A program made the position numbers and the translations under genes. A stretch of DNA of 63,816 nt, the filler included, from Octopus bimaculoides (Eukaryota), in the NCBI RefSeq assembly GCF_001194135.2. It is 5 parts of 5 records of this genome, joined end to end, with 100 filler letters (N's around TTAATTAATTAA, not from the genome) between each part and the next. Parts side by side here need not be neighbours in the genome. Positions count along the whole stretch, not along the records: positions 39,427 to 53,646 come from NC_068983.1; positions 53,747 to 61,912 come from NC_068996.1; positions 62,013 to 63,816 come from NW_026404934.1; 2 more parts are not named here. One strand, 5' to 3'. The notes below the pieces were generated by a model. That model had not been told where the DNA came from, ran no database searches, and was given only the letters and a program-made list of their open reading frames with translations. Every line of letters starts with the position of its first letter. The first letter of the stretch is position 1. Positions 52,933 through 63,816 of this stretch are shown here, in pieces.

Positions 52933-53999
52933 CTTGGCTTTGTAAGTAAATGCCTCAGTGACAATCTGGATTAGCTAGGATTTTGAGAAAAAGAAATCAA
53001 CCAACTGACTCTCACATTATAAACACAATCTGTAAGTAGAACAATAAAAATATGCAAGAAGTTTCTCAAGTTTAAACGTGACGTTGTTTCTATTATCTAC
53101 ATTCCAATGATGGAGTTTTGTATCTTTGTTACAAAACAGCTCCTTCTCCAGAAGAAGAATTAAAATAACTAAAAACAGAAGGGAACATAATACATAAATA
53201 CTTACATACATACATGTGTGTACGTGTGTGTGGGTATATGTATCTATCTATATTATATATGTACGTACACACACACACACACACACATTTAGAACACATT
53301 TGAGTTTCTTATTACGAATTCGTCGTGCAGTTTAGATTTTGTACAGACTTCATCTATCTTATAAATTATATATATAAAACTGCTATATATTACCAACACT
53401 AGAATGTAAACTATATGTTATAGTTTACAAAATATTGCCTACATATTCGGATTTGTTTTTGCTATTGAATAATTAGATTTTCTTAAGTTTGCACTACAAA
53501 GGAGGTGAGTGACATATCGCTTTTTGTGTATGTATATAGATATATTACGAAAATATGTGCATGATATACACAAACATATACACATATATATTACATATAC
53601 ATATATATATATGTGTATGTTTGTATATATATATATATATATATATNNNNNNNNNNNNNNNNNNNNNNNNNNNNNNNNNNNNNNNNNNNNTTAATTAATT
53701 AANNNNNNNNNNNNNNNNNNNNNNNNNNNNNNNNNNNNNNNNNNNNTATGTATATATATGTATATATATATGTATATAAATATATAGCGAGAAATGGGGG
53801 GTTTTGAGCGGTAGTGGTGTCAATTAGAGCCTGAGGTTTCAGGTAATGCTGAGTAAGTGCTATGAATAGACCATAGTTAAGCTCCAGGTTCGGTAATTAT
53901 GCTAATAAGGGGTCTAACGTAGGTCATATGACAGCTTGTGAATATAAGGATTTACTTTTTGTAATGAGATAAAAAAACCAAGGCTGTGTACAATGATTA

Positions 54000-54540
54000 G
54001 CATAAAGTCACTTGGGATGGATCCAAAGGCCATAGAAACCCTTGCTTCGGATCGTGCTGGATGGCGAGCAAAAATGCGGAGTAGAGTGAAAGCTTTTGAA
54101 GAAACCAAGATCACCCATGCGAAACTCAAGAAATTTAAAGAAAAATGCTACGCCCAATGAGAAAATGAATCTCAACGACCTTTTTGGCGTATAATTTGTG
54201 AAAGAGTGTCTCTGTTTTGCTGGGCTCAAATCTCATTTGCGGATGCATGAAAAACGAACCTCCAGCAACTACTCTGTCTATATATCTCTGCACAGTTTTC
54301 AATGCCGTATATGCCATAAATTCAGCAAATCCAAAGGAGGTTTCAAAACACATTTTAAGATCCAAAAAGATGAAAACTTAACTGCTGCTCTTGGTTCATA
54401 GTAGATATGCAATTTATGTGGGTGTCTTTTCAAAACATTGTCTGATTTAAAAATCCAAATCAGATGCCATGATAGATCTGAGGTGTACGTACAAGAAGTG
54501 CTCAGACTGTGCATAAGTAGGAGACAACCACCAAATATAT
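54000..54540 (+). mobile_element. RTE (BovB-like) LINE 3' end with three C2H2 fingers
   Basis: LGMDPKAIETLASDRAGWR..FEE; ICER.C..GLKSHLRMH; FQCRICHKFSKSKGGFKTHFKI; ICNLCGCLFKTLSDLKI.IRCH. Confidence 0.75.
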
Positions 54541-55199
54541 ACATGCAGTAAACAAGATCGAAGAAAGAAATGAAAACATTACTACTCGCGTTTCAAGAAC
54601 AGGGTTTATTCTAAATACGAGTCAGTTACATAGCTTATTACATAACATTACCCTAAATTCTATAATCCTTTTGGCGTTACTCTGTTAAGTATTTTGTCGA
54701 AAAATAAAATGAATGTAGGAGGGAAGGTAATATTTATATCAAACAGAATGAAGCAAGAAAAGTTAACTTAGAATACAGATTTTAAATTTGGCGACCAAAG
54801 ACAGCTAAAGTAATGTATACTAATGAAAAGGGAACAGCGAAATCGTCATTTTCAATGCATATGCTGGAATTTATCGCTGAGAGAAATTTTCATGGGCATT
54901 TAACGACCGGTAGTAAACTATACTGTTATCTTCAAATCAAGACAGCCGACCATTCAACTTGAATAAGTTTTTGAAATCTGGTGTCAGGACGAATAGGAAC
55001 ACTATCCTCAAGATAATATATAAACGTGTGGTTAGTATCTTTAAGCGATGTATGTGAACAAAGCTCACGCAAACACACATATGCAAAGCAATATATACTT
55101 AGTAAGCAGTGTAAGGGCTTAAATTAAATATATATAAAAATGAAATAATAAAGTAAACAAGATGTATATATTTTCTTCTTCAGCTGTCCATCGTAAGTC

Positions 55200-55640
55200 G
55201 ACATTGGCTGTTTTTGTTAAGTAATCATCTCAGGCAGGCTCGATGGAGAGCTACAAGGTCAGCTCTTGATACACAATAGCGATAACATCTGTTGCAGGTG
55301 AGGCTACTTGACGCAGCGGAGAAGTGATGCTTCTCATGTGCTCTTTCGTATTCTCCCTACTTCTCCTCAACAGCTGGAATTATGAGCTTCAGCGATTGGT
55401 GCCATTCATCGCGTCACAGGGTCTTTTCAGTAAATCTTAGTATCGCAACCTCTGGCTACCACGGTTCAATCTGCCCTGATGCAGTTCAGAAAATTACCTT
55501 TGGGAGCCTGCTGCCCTCCGTCTTGCAAACATGTCCCGTCCGGCACAGCTGCAATGAAGTAATGAAGCGCTTCACACTAATTTCGCTAACGTGGCGCAGG
55601 AAAACTGCAGCACATATAATGACAAACTAAGTATCGCAGC
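55200..55640 (-). mobile_element. RTE LINE 3' fragment
   Basis: LQLCRTGHVCKTEGSRLPKVIF ... LTCNRCYRYCVSRADLVALHRAC. Confidence 0.7.
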
Positions 55641-56349
55641 TGATATCTCTGGCATTGATCTTCATATTTTTTTCTCTATGCATTGCCAAAACAGTTTGTG
55701 AGAGGTGTAATGTACCAGTCTCTTTGTGTCCTCACTCCGTGCTCGAACTTACAAACCAAGAATGCCCTTCCGTTTGCTCTTCTCGGGCAATGGTGCATAC
55801 ATCGTATTACATATTGACTAAGTCTTTTTCTAACTTCTCTTTCGGAAGAATATGGATGCTTCGCAACGGTTTTTTAAAAAGGTTATAGGTATGTAAACTT
55901 CATTTTCAGTTTTTCTTAAGCATTCACCGGGCAAGGAAGTACAGTGCTTTGTACCAAATTTCTTTCACCTGTTCCGTTGCAAGAAGTTGACGAATACCAA
56001 ATACTTCTCTGTAGTTTGCAGCTGTTGTTAGTACTATTATTAATGAGACAGAAATACGCGCTTCATTTGTCAAATTGTGACTGTTTATAAATGACTGTCT
56101 TATTGTAATTCTTTTTCTTTTCATCTATTGATATCCCTTTTCTTGCTTCCAAATGTTTTTGTAACGTATTTGCACCCACTATTGTTATATCTATCACTTC
56201 CCCTCGCTACTTTAGAAGAGGATATAGTCCAGCAACTGATAAGCAAACTAAAATGGATCTTTGCTCAAAATGTTCAGAGTAGGAAAATGTTCGAGTACAA
56301 AATCTTTTACTCACTTCTATGGAAATGTGTTTGGCACTAAAAGGGTTAA
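55640..56349 (+). mobile_element. Probable piggyBac 3' remnant
   Basis: Ends in GGG-TTAA (56343-56349); C-terminal Cys debris (CSKC..GKC..FTHF). Confidence 0.45.
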
Positions 56350-56362
56350 GAGCTCTTGTTGG

Positions 56363-56457
<95 letters not shown>

Positions 56458-56496
56458 TATTATTATTATAAAAATAATAAAAATAAAAATAATAAT

Positions 56497-57060
56497 AAAT
56501 GCCCAGATGCAGTACCAGACAGTAGCTCTCATGGCTTCTGATCTTAATTGATTGGAAGTGTTATCATGTACATTGTTTTGTCTTGGTATAAAAGATGGGC
56601 TACAGCAAATATTCTGCTTAATACCACAGATTTGCTTGTCAGTTGTTTGACCTTGACCAGTTGAGCATGTCCCTTGATGGCTGACGATATGTGAATCTCT
56701 GATTATGAGCAGAAGTAGAGGGGGAGCATCATAGCCATGTGTTGAGAGGAATTCTTTGGGGTTTGAATAATTCACCTTTGGAAACATGGGTGTTTTGCTC
56801 AACATCCTTAAACGAACCATATTCTTGGATCTTTTGAGCGGGATGGGCTACTCGACCTGAAGAAAATTCTAACTGGGCCCCACCTGCAAGGTCATGCGCT
56901 GTTTATCTTGATATGAGACCAACATGTCGCGCATATTTGGTTGTGATGCATGTGCCTGATTACCCTTATCAGACGGGTAGTCATGATGGGTATAATGGGC
57001 TTCGAATATTTTACCCCAGTGTCACTTTGATAGCATGCCCTGTTCTCTCACTCAATGATA
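56497..57060 (+). mobile_element. Non-autonomous repeat embedded in (TAA)n; partial minus-strand copies at 59608-59945 and 61543-61912
   Basis: Three copies share long blocks (cccttatcagacgggtagtcatgatggg etc.); their 3' ends run into TAA/TTA tracts. Confidence 0.85.
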
Positions 57061-57134
57061 ATAATAATAATAATAATTATAATAATAATAATAATAATAA
57101 TAACAATAATAATAATAATAATAACAATAATAGA

Positions 57135-57855
57135 ACAAGCTCTCAGAACAAACTACTCCAAATATCACATTGATAAAGCATTCACTCACCACGGTGTAGG
57201 ATGTGCTCTGAGAAGGGAGAAAGTATAAGCCATATTGTTAGTGAGTGCCGTAAGCTCGCACAACGCGAATGCAAAAGGAGATACAAAAATGTGGCCATAT
57301 ATGTCCACTAGCTGTTGTGCGGTAAAGCAAACCTCGGAAGAACCGAACAATAATATGGACACAAACCAGAGGGAGTAATGGCAAACGAACATTACAAAAT
57401 ACTCTGGAATTTTAACATACAATGCGATCAAGTCATAGAGGCGAGACGACCAGAAATCGCGATCATCCATAAAGATGAGAAAGAAGCAAAGATAATAGAT
57501 GTTGCAATACCAGGCGATTCGAGGGTGAAATGTAAGGAAACAGAAAAGTGTGAGAAATACCAGCCATTGCGGGACTAGATAGATAAGTTATGGAGCATGA
57601 GAAAAGTGATGGTGATACCGGTAGTAATTGGAACATTAGGAACAGTTTCCAAGAGCTTTGAAAAACATATTAAGAATATTGGCGATGTTGTCAAGCTCGA
57701 AGTGATCCAGAAGACACCATTGTTGGGTACAGCTCGCATTCTAAGCAAAGTATTGTCTTTTTGAGCCACAGGAGAAGGCACTACTTGAAACCTTTGGTGA
57801 GTTGTTATTGCCTGCTTTCAAGTAAAAAATAACCGGTAATTAAGAACTATCCGAG
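57135..57855 (+). mobile_element. R4/Dong-clade LINE 3' end (CCHC and REL endonuclease)
   Basis: CRMC..GESISHIVSECRKLAQ; ILWNFNIQCD..IEARRPEI..IIDVAIPGD..KETEK.EKY; PVVIGTLG; flanked by (TAA)n. Confidence 0.9.
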
Positions 57856-58109
57856 AGTCTTTCAGAATAACAATAATAATAATGATAATAATGATAATAA
57901 CAATAGTTGTTGTCTTGATAAAGTAATCACCGAAAAAAAGATATCTTTTAAGTAGATGTGTGTAAAAATGTGTGCGTCACCGTCACCGACAAACAATAAG
58001 AACAATAAAAGCACCACCACCACCACCACCACCACCATCATCAACAACAACTTCGATGACAACATCAAGAGTAGTAGTAGTAACAATAGCAGTAGCAGTA
58101 GTAGTAGTT

Positions 58110-58199
<90 letters not shown>

Positions 58200-58681
58200 T
58201 TCAATTTATAAAAATTATTTCTTCCAGCGACCATATTCTATTAACTTGTTATGCAGTTGTATTAGTTTGATGAGATTATCAAATTTCCATTGGTATTCTA
58301 CAGCGTTCTCTTGTAGTTTAGGCGATAATCAAGAACAATTAGTCAAATCAGTGCTTTTGGAAACGCTGACTCTGTATATGACTATTTATTTTACATTAAC
58401 ATTTTTTCAACATATTTTTGCTTAATATTTTATTTTATTTGATTATTTCATATTTTATCATATTTTAAAGTATTATTATATTTCGTAGTTATACAGTGTA
58501 TAATTTTATAGTTTTGACATTCATTTTCCTTTTTTAGTTGTAGTTTTTCCTTGTGCTTGTTCATTCCTTATATCATCCTCTAAGCTATTTTCCATGAAGA
58601 CGATAATTATGAAGATGGTAATGTTGGTCTCTGCTGCTGCTGCTGCTGGTGCCTATGATGGTGAAGCTGATGATGACGAAT

Positions 58682-58720
<39 letters not shown>

Positions 58721-58924
58721 GTGATAGTGATGATGGTGGTGGTAGTGGAAGACGATGATCATAATCATCATCATCATAGTGATGATGCTGTTGACAATGA
58801 TAATCAGAATAGGAATTTGATGGTGGTGGTGGAGCTGCTGTTGCTGCTGTTACTGCCGATGCTGCTGCTGCTGATCATGTCGTTACTGACGATATATTGA
58901 TTATGATTTGTAATAATAATAATG

Positions 58925-59110
58925 ATAATAATAGTTTAAAATTATGGCACAAGGGCAACAATTTAGGGAGGTGTGGAAGTTGATTAATTCGACCCTAGGG
59001 CTCAACTCATGGAAAACATCCCCCGCAGTTCATCTGGTACTTTCTTTGTCGGATTTGAAAAAATGAAGGGTACTGTTCACCGTAGCAGGATTTGAACTCA
59101 GAATGCTGTT
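58925..59110 (-). mobile_element. Decayed SINE
   Basis: ttatggcacaagggc..tcgaccct..gatttgaactcagaa resembles the 21765 family. Confidence 0.55.
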
Positions 59111-59505
59111 TCAGTATATATTATTAAAACCTTATATTTATTTCACAATATGTAATTGAAATTTCCACCATCATCTTCTATGTGGCAATTAGGGATATAG
59201 TGATCATTATTATTGTTGTAACTATTGTTATTACTATTATTAATAAAGAAAACATTGATATTTAGGCAAGTAAACATCATTAATAATATTGCTATTACGA
59301 TTTAGCATTGGTGGCGGTTTTTCTTTTCACAGAAAGACATGCAAACGCAGGTACAAGCGAGTAAATCTATGTGTTTATAACGCAATAATGTATTATATTC
59401 CATTATAAATTGCATTATGTTTTGTTATAATAATTGTATAATTTATGTTCTGTAACATATGTAGTAATGGTATGCGTTAGAAAATTTAAAACAATATTAA
59501 AAACA

Positions 59506-59597
<92 letters not shown>

Positions 59598-59984
59598 CAT
59601 TATTATTATTGAGTGCGAGAGCAGTGCATGCCATCAAGCAGGGGTACAATTATACGATGCCTAATATACCCATCTTGACTACCCGTCTGATAAGGATACA
59701 TCAGGCACATGTATCACGACCATATGTGTGCGACGTAGAGATCTCATATCAAAATTAACAGCACATCACCTTGCAGGGATGGGGGCAGTTAAAATTTTCT
59801 TTAGGCCGAGTAGCCCATCCTGCTCAAAAGGTTTGTGAATAAGGGTTGTTTAAGGACGTTGTACGAAACACCCATGTTTCCAGAGGTGAATCATCCAAAC
59901 TTCAAAGAAATCTTCTGAACACATGGCTATGATGATCCCCCATTATTATTATTCTGTAGTTTTATTTTTATAACGTGCTTTCAC

Positions 59985-60143
59985 TTCACTACCCAGCACA
60001 GCTCTGTGTGCCTTTGGTATGTGCTGTGGTTTGCTGTAGTGTTCTTATGGTTACTGTATTGAAAGTGTTTTGCGTAGGATATGTACAGTGCCTAGTAGTG
60101 CAATTTTTCTGTATGTTTCTAGATTCCACATTCGAGTTACCTC

Positions 60144-60200
<57 letters not shown>

Positions 60201-61500
60201 GGTTACTGAATTGAAAGTGTTTTACGTAGGATGTGTGCAGTGCCCAGTAATGCAAAGTCCTGGTGTTTGTGTTATGTATTTGTCTGAATACTTTTTTATT
60301 ATACCTAAGGCGCCTACTATGATAGAAATTGTTTCTGTTTTTAGATTCCACATTCGAGTTACCTCTATTTCCAGGCCTTTGTATTTTGAAAGTTTCTCCA
60401 TTTCTTTTATGTCCCACCTATCAACCAATTGTTCAAACGCATTTTGCTTTGCTATTGATTTCACCTCCCTTGCAACTACAGTTGCTACACTACACTCATG
60501 CTGTTCAGCCTGGATATTATGCATAAATTCACTTGAAAATATTTTGCTTTCCTTCATAACAGACTGAAATTTCTTAGGTCTTTCATGATTTTCAACGAGC
60601 TTTAGCATCCAGTTGTTAGATGTTTCAATATATTTTGCCAGTACAATCGTGGTGGTTTTGTAGGAGATATCAAACTGGATCAAGTCTTGACCTCCTTGAG
60701 CTCTGGGTAGGTAAAGACGATCTGCGTCTGCCTTTGGGTGGTGCATCTTATAGCAAGTCAGCAGCTTACAGATTTTCCTGTCAATCTCCCTTATTTCGCT
60801 CATATTCCATTTCAACACATTGAAACTGTAAATAACAACCAGAACTGCTAAGGAATTTATAACTAACACCTTGTTACGTGCATTTAACTCTGATTTTAGG
60901 ACTGCTCGAACTCTCCTGTAAAACTTCTTCCTGATCTTCTCTTTCATAGTAGCATGCTGAATGCCAGAGCCCTCATTTAGTCCGAGATATTTGTAAGTTA
61001 CTTCCTGCTCGAGCTCTTTTATAACTGAGTCAATATCCAACACCACTGAATGTAAGGTCTTCAGTTTCCCTTTCTGGAAAGTGGCTTTGGCACATTTATC
61101 AAGACGACGTGCTTTCACTGCACTACCGAGCGCAGCTCTGTGTAGCTTGGGTATTGCTGTGGTTTGTTGTGATGCTCGCATTTTTACTGTATTGAGAGTG
61201 TTATACGTAGGATGTGTGCGGCGCCTGGTACTGCTATTTTTTATATGCTAGATATACTTGTTAGTCCTAGTGTTTTGCTATGTATTTGAATATTTTTATC
61301 ATACCTTATGAGCTTACTATGATAGGAATTGTTTCTGTTTTTAGACTCCACATTCGAGTTACCTCTATTTCCAAGTCTTTGTATTTTGAAAGTTTCGATG
61401 GTTTCTGACAACTATATCCGATCTATTGGTCTTAATTTCTCTATCTGTGTGTATTAGCATACTCCATTGTACGGTTGATTTCTCATTTTCCGTGACCTTG
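59985..61500 (-). mobile_element. R4/Dong-clade LINE fragments (RT thumb region plus repeated 3' ends)
   Basis: YKYLG, KSELNARNK..INSLA, MHHPKADADRLYLPRAQGG. The 3' end KLSKYKDLEIEV.RMW..KTE.I.IIVGALG occurs at about 61190-61420 and 60200-60400, with a shorter piece at 59990-60140. Confidence 0.9.
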
Positions 61501-62012
61501 TCTGGCGTGTGCCTATACAATTTTTTCTTTTATTATTATTATTGAGTGAGAGAGCAGTGCATGCTATCAAAGTGACACTGGGGTAAAATATACGAAGCCC
61601 ATTATACCCATCATGACTACCCGTCTGATAAGGGTACACCAGGCACATGCATCACAACCATATGTGCGCGACATGGTGATCTCATATCAAGATAAACAGC
61701 GTATGACCTCGCAGGTGGGGCGCAGTCAGAATTTTTTTTCAGGTCGAGTAGCCCATTCCGCTCAAAAGGTCCCTGAATTAGGTTTGTTTAAGGATGTTGA
61801 GCAAAACACCCATGTTTCCAAAAGTGAATTATTCAAACCCCAAAGAATTCCTCTCAACACATGGCTATGATGCTCCCCACTACTTCTGCTCATGATCAGA
61901 GAAGCACATATCNNNNNNNNNNNNNNNNNNNNNNNNNNNNNNNNNNNNNNNNNNNNTTAATTAATTAANNNNNNNNNNNNNNNNNNNNNNNNNNNNNNNN
62001 NNNNNNNNNNNN

Positions 62013-62043
<31 letters not shown>

Positions 62044-62109
62044 CATAGACACACATATATATGTACACACACACACACACGATAGACGTATGGTAATAAA
62101 GGTAATGGC

Positions 62110-62253
62110 AATCATCATCATCATCATCATCGTTTAACGTCTGCTTTCCATGCTAGCATGGGTTGGACGATTTGACTGAGGACTGGTGAACCAGATGGCT
62201 ACACCAGGCTCCGATCTGATTTGGCAGAGTTTCTACAGCTGGATGCCCTTCCT
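62110..62253 (-). mobile_element. SINE fragment (probable MetaSINE-type) with (CAT)n tail
   Basis: gctggatgcccttcct motif next to a gap; family name from memory. Confidence 0.55.
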
Positions 62254-63049
62254 ANNNNNNNNNNNNNNNNNNNNNNNNNNNNNNNNNNNNNNNNNNNNNN
62301 NNNNNNNNNNNNNNNNNNNNNNNNNNNNNNNNNNNNNNNNNNNNNNNNNNNNNNNNNNNNNNNNNNNNNNNNNNNNNNNNNNNNNNNNNNNNNNNNNNNN
62401 NNNNNNNNNNNNNNNNNNNNNNNNNNNNNNNNNNNNNNNNNNNNNNNNNNNNNNNNNNNNNNNNNNNNNNNNNNNNNNNNNNNNNNNNNNNNNNNNNNNN
62501 NNNNNNNNNNNNNNNNNNNNNNNNNNNNNNNNNNNNNNNNNNNNNNNNNNNNNNNNNNNNNNNNNNNNNNNNNNNNNNNNNNNNNNNNNNNNNNNNNNNN
62601 NNNNNNNNNNNNNNNNNNNNNNNNNNNNNNNNNNNNNNNNNNNNNNNNNNNNNNNNNNNNNNNNNNNNNNNNNNNNNNNNNNNNNNNNNNNNNNNNNNNN
62701 NNNNNNNNNNNNNNNNNNNNNNNNNNNNNNNNNNNNNNNNNNNNNNNNNNNNNNNNNNNNNNNNNNNNNNNNNNNNNNNNNNNNNNNNNNNNNNNNNNNN
62801 NNNNNNNNNNNNNNNNNNNNNNNNNNNNNNNNNNNNNNNNNNNNNNNNNNNNNNNNNNNNNNNNNNNNNNNNNNNNNNNNNNNNNNNNNNNNNNNNNNNN
62901 NNNNNNNNNNNNNNNNNNNNNNNNNNNNNNNNNNNNNNNNNNNNNNNNNNNNNNNNNNNNNNNNCAGCAGTCACGGCCCATGTTTCACTGCCATGTAGCA
63001 TGGCTGTTCGTACACATGCATCATACAGTCTGCCTTTTACTCTGAGTGA

Positions 63050-63480
63050 GAGGCCCTTTGTCGCCAGCAGAGGTAAGAGCTCTCTGAACTTTGCCCAGGC
63101 TATTCTGTCTGAAGGAAAACATCCTCATGGAGCCCCCTTCAGGCGGTTCAAGGACTAACTCAAATCAACCTTGAAAAGCACCAACATCGACCCCGTGCAC
63201 TGAGGAGATATCTCGGCAAACAGACCGCTCTGGAGACACACCATCAAAATGGGTTTGGTGGACTTCAAGAAAGCCTGAGTTGCAAGAGCTGAACTCAAGA
63301 GACAGGAGAGAAAGCAGCGCCTTCTCCTTCCCAATCCAGCCCCTTCTATCCCATGTCCACAATGTCCCTGTACGTTTCATGCAACCCTTGGATTGCGGAG
63401 CCATCTGTGGTTCAAACATCCAAGAAAATGAATTGGATTGCAATCTCGGAAACACGAACGCAGCCAATTTAAAAGCCAAC
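63050..63480 (+). mobile_element. RTE LINE 3' fragment
   Basis: RFKD.LKSTLK..NID..W..I..NRPLWR..I; PCPQCP.TFHA.LGL.SHL..KH. Confidence 0.8.
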
Positions 63481-63816
63481 TAAAAAGCCAACTAATATAT
63501 ATATGTATATATATATTTTTATATGTATGTATGTATATAGTTAAATATATACGTATATATATTTTTATATGTTTGCATATAATAATAATATATATATATA
63601 TATATATATGTATATGTATATGTATATTCCGTTTATATATTTGTTTTGCAAGATGTTTGATGTGCAATCTTGTGTTGAAACAGATGTTGTTGTATTTGGG
63701 GATGGTCATATTGTCAGTTTAGCCAATAAAATCACACGCACTGTATATTTAGTGTCAATTTGCTTTAGCTTTATATTACATTACATTACATTAATCATAT
63801 TTTGGCCAGAGTTCTT

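Overview
AT-rich, microsatellite-dense, gapped eukaryotic genomic DNA. The SINE and retroelement repertoire is most consistent with an octopus or related coleoid genome (inference; no database available). The main result is a hand-built, phase-consistent exon chain on the + strand (860-22837). It encodes the 3' part of a membrane-tethered, SEA-domain mucin-like receptor: Thr-rich stalk exons, a three-exon SEA domain with the GSVIV autoproteolysis motif, another Thr-rich exon, a TM exon, and a cytoplasmic region with two duplicated 14-nt microexon candidates and a Tyr-motif terminal exon. The ORF track does not call any of these as a gene. The Thr-rich exons sit in three copies of a duplicated exon-plus-intron cassette, and their length differences preserve frame. 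A probable decayed paralog (SEA-like exons, TM-like exon, NPxY) lies at about 34.9-38.3 kb. The rest is mostly transposon debris: Penelope elements with hammerhead motifs, a Tx1-ORF1-like element ending in a hammerhead motif with no RT, Helitron/Helentron, Tx1/L1, Tc1/mariner, Chapaev-like, piggyBac-like, RTE, R4/Dong-type elements nested in (TAA)n, and tRNA-derived SINEs. Four TTAATTAATTAA pads inside 100-nt gaps are assembly artefacts, so order and orientation across them are not guaranteed.
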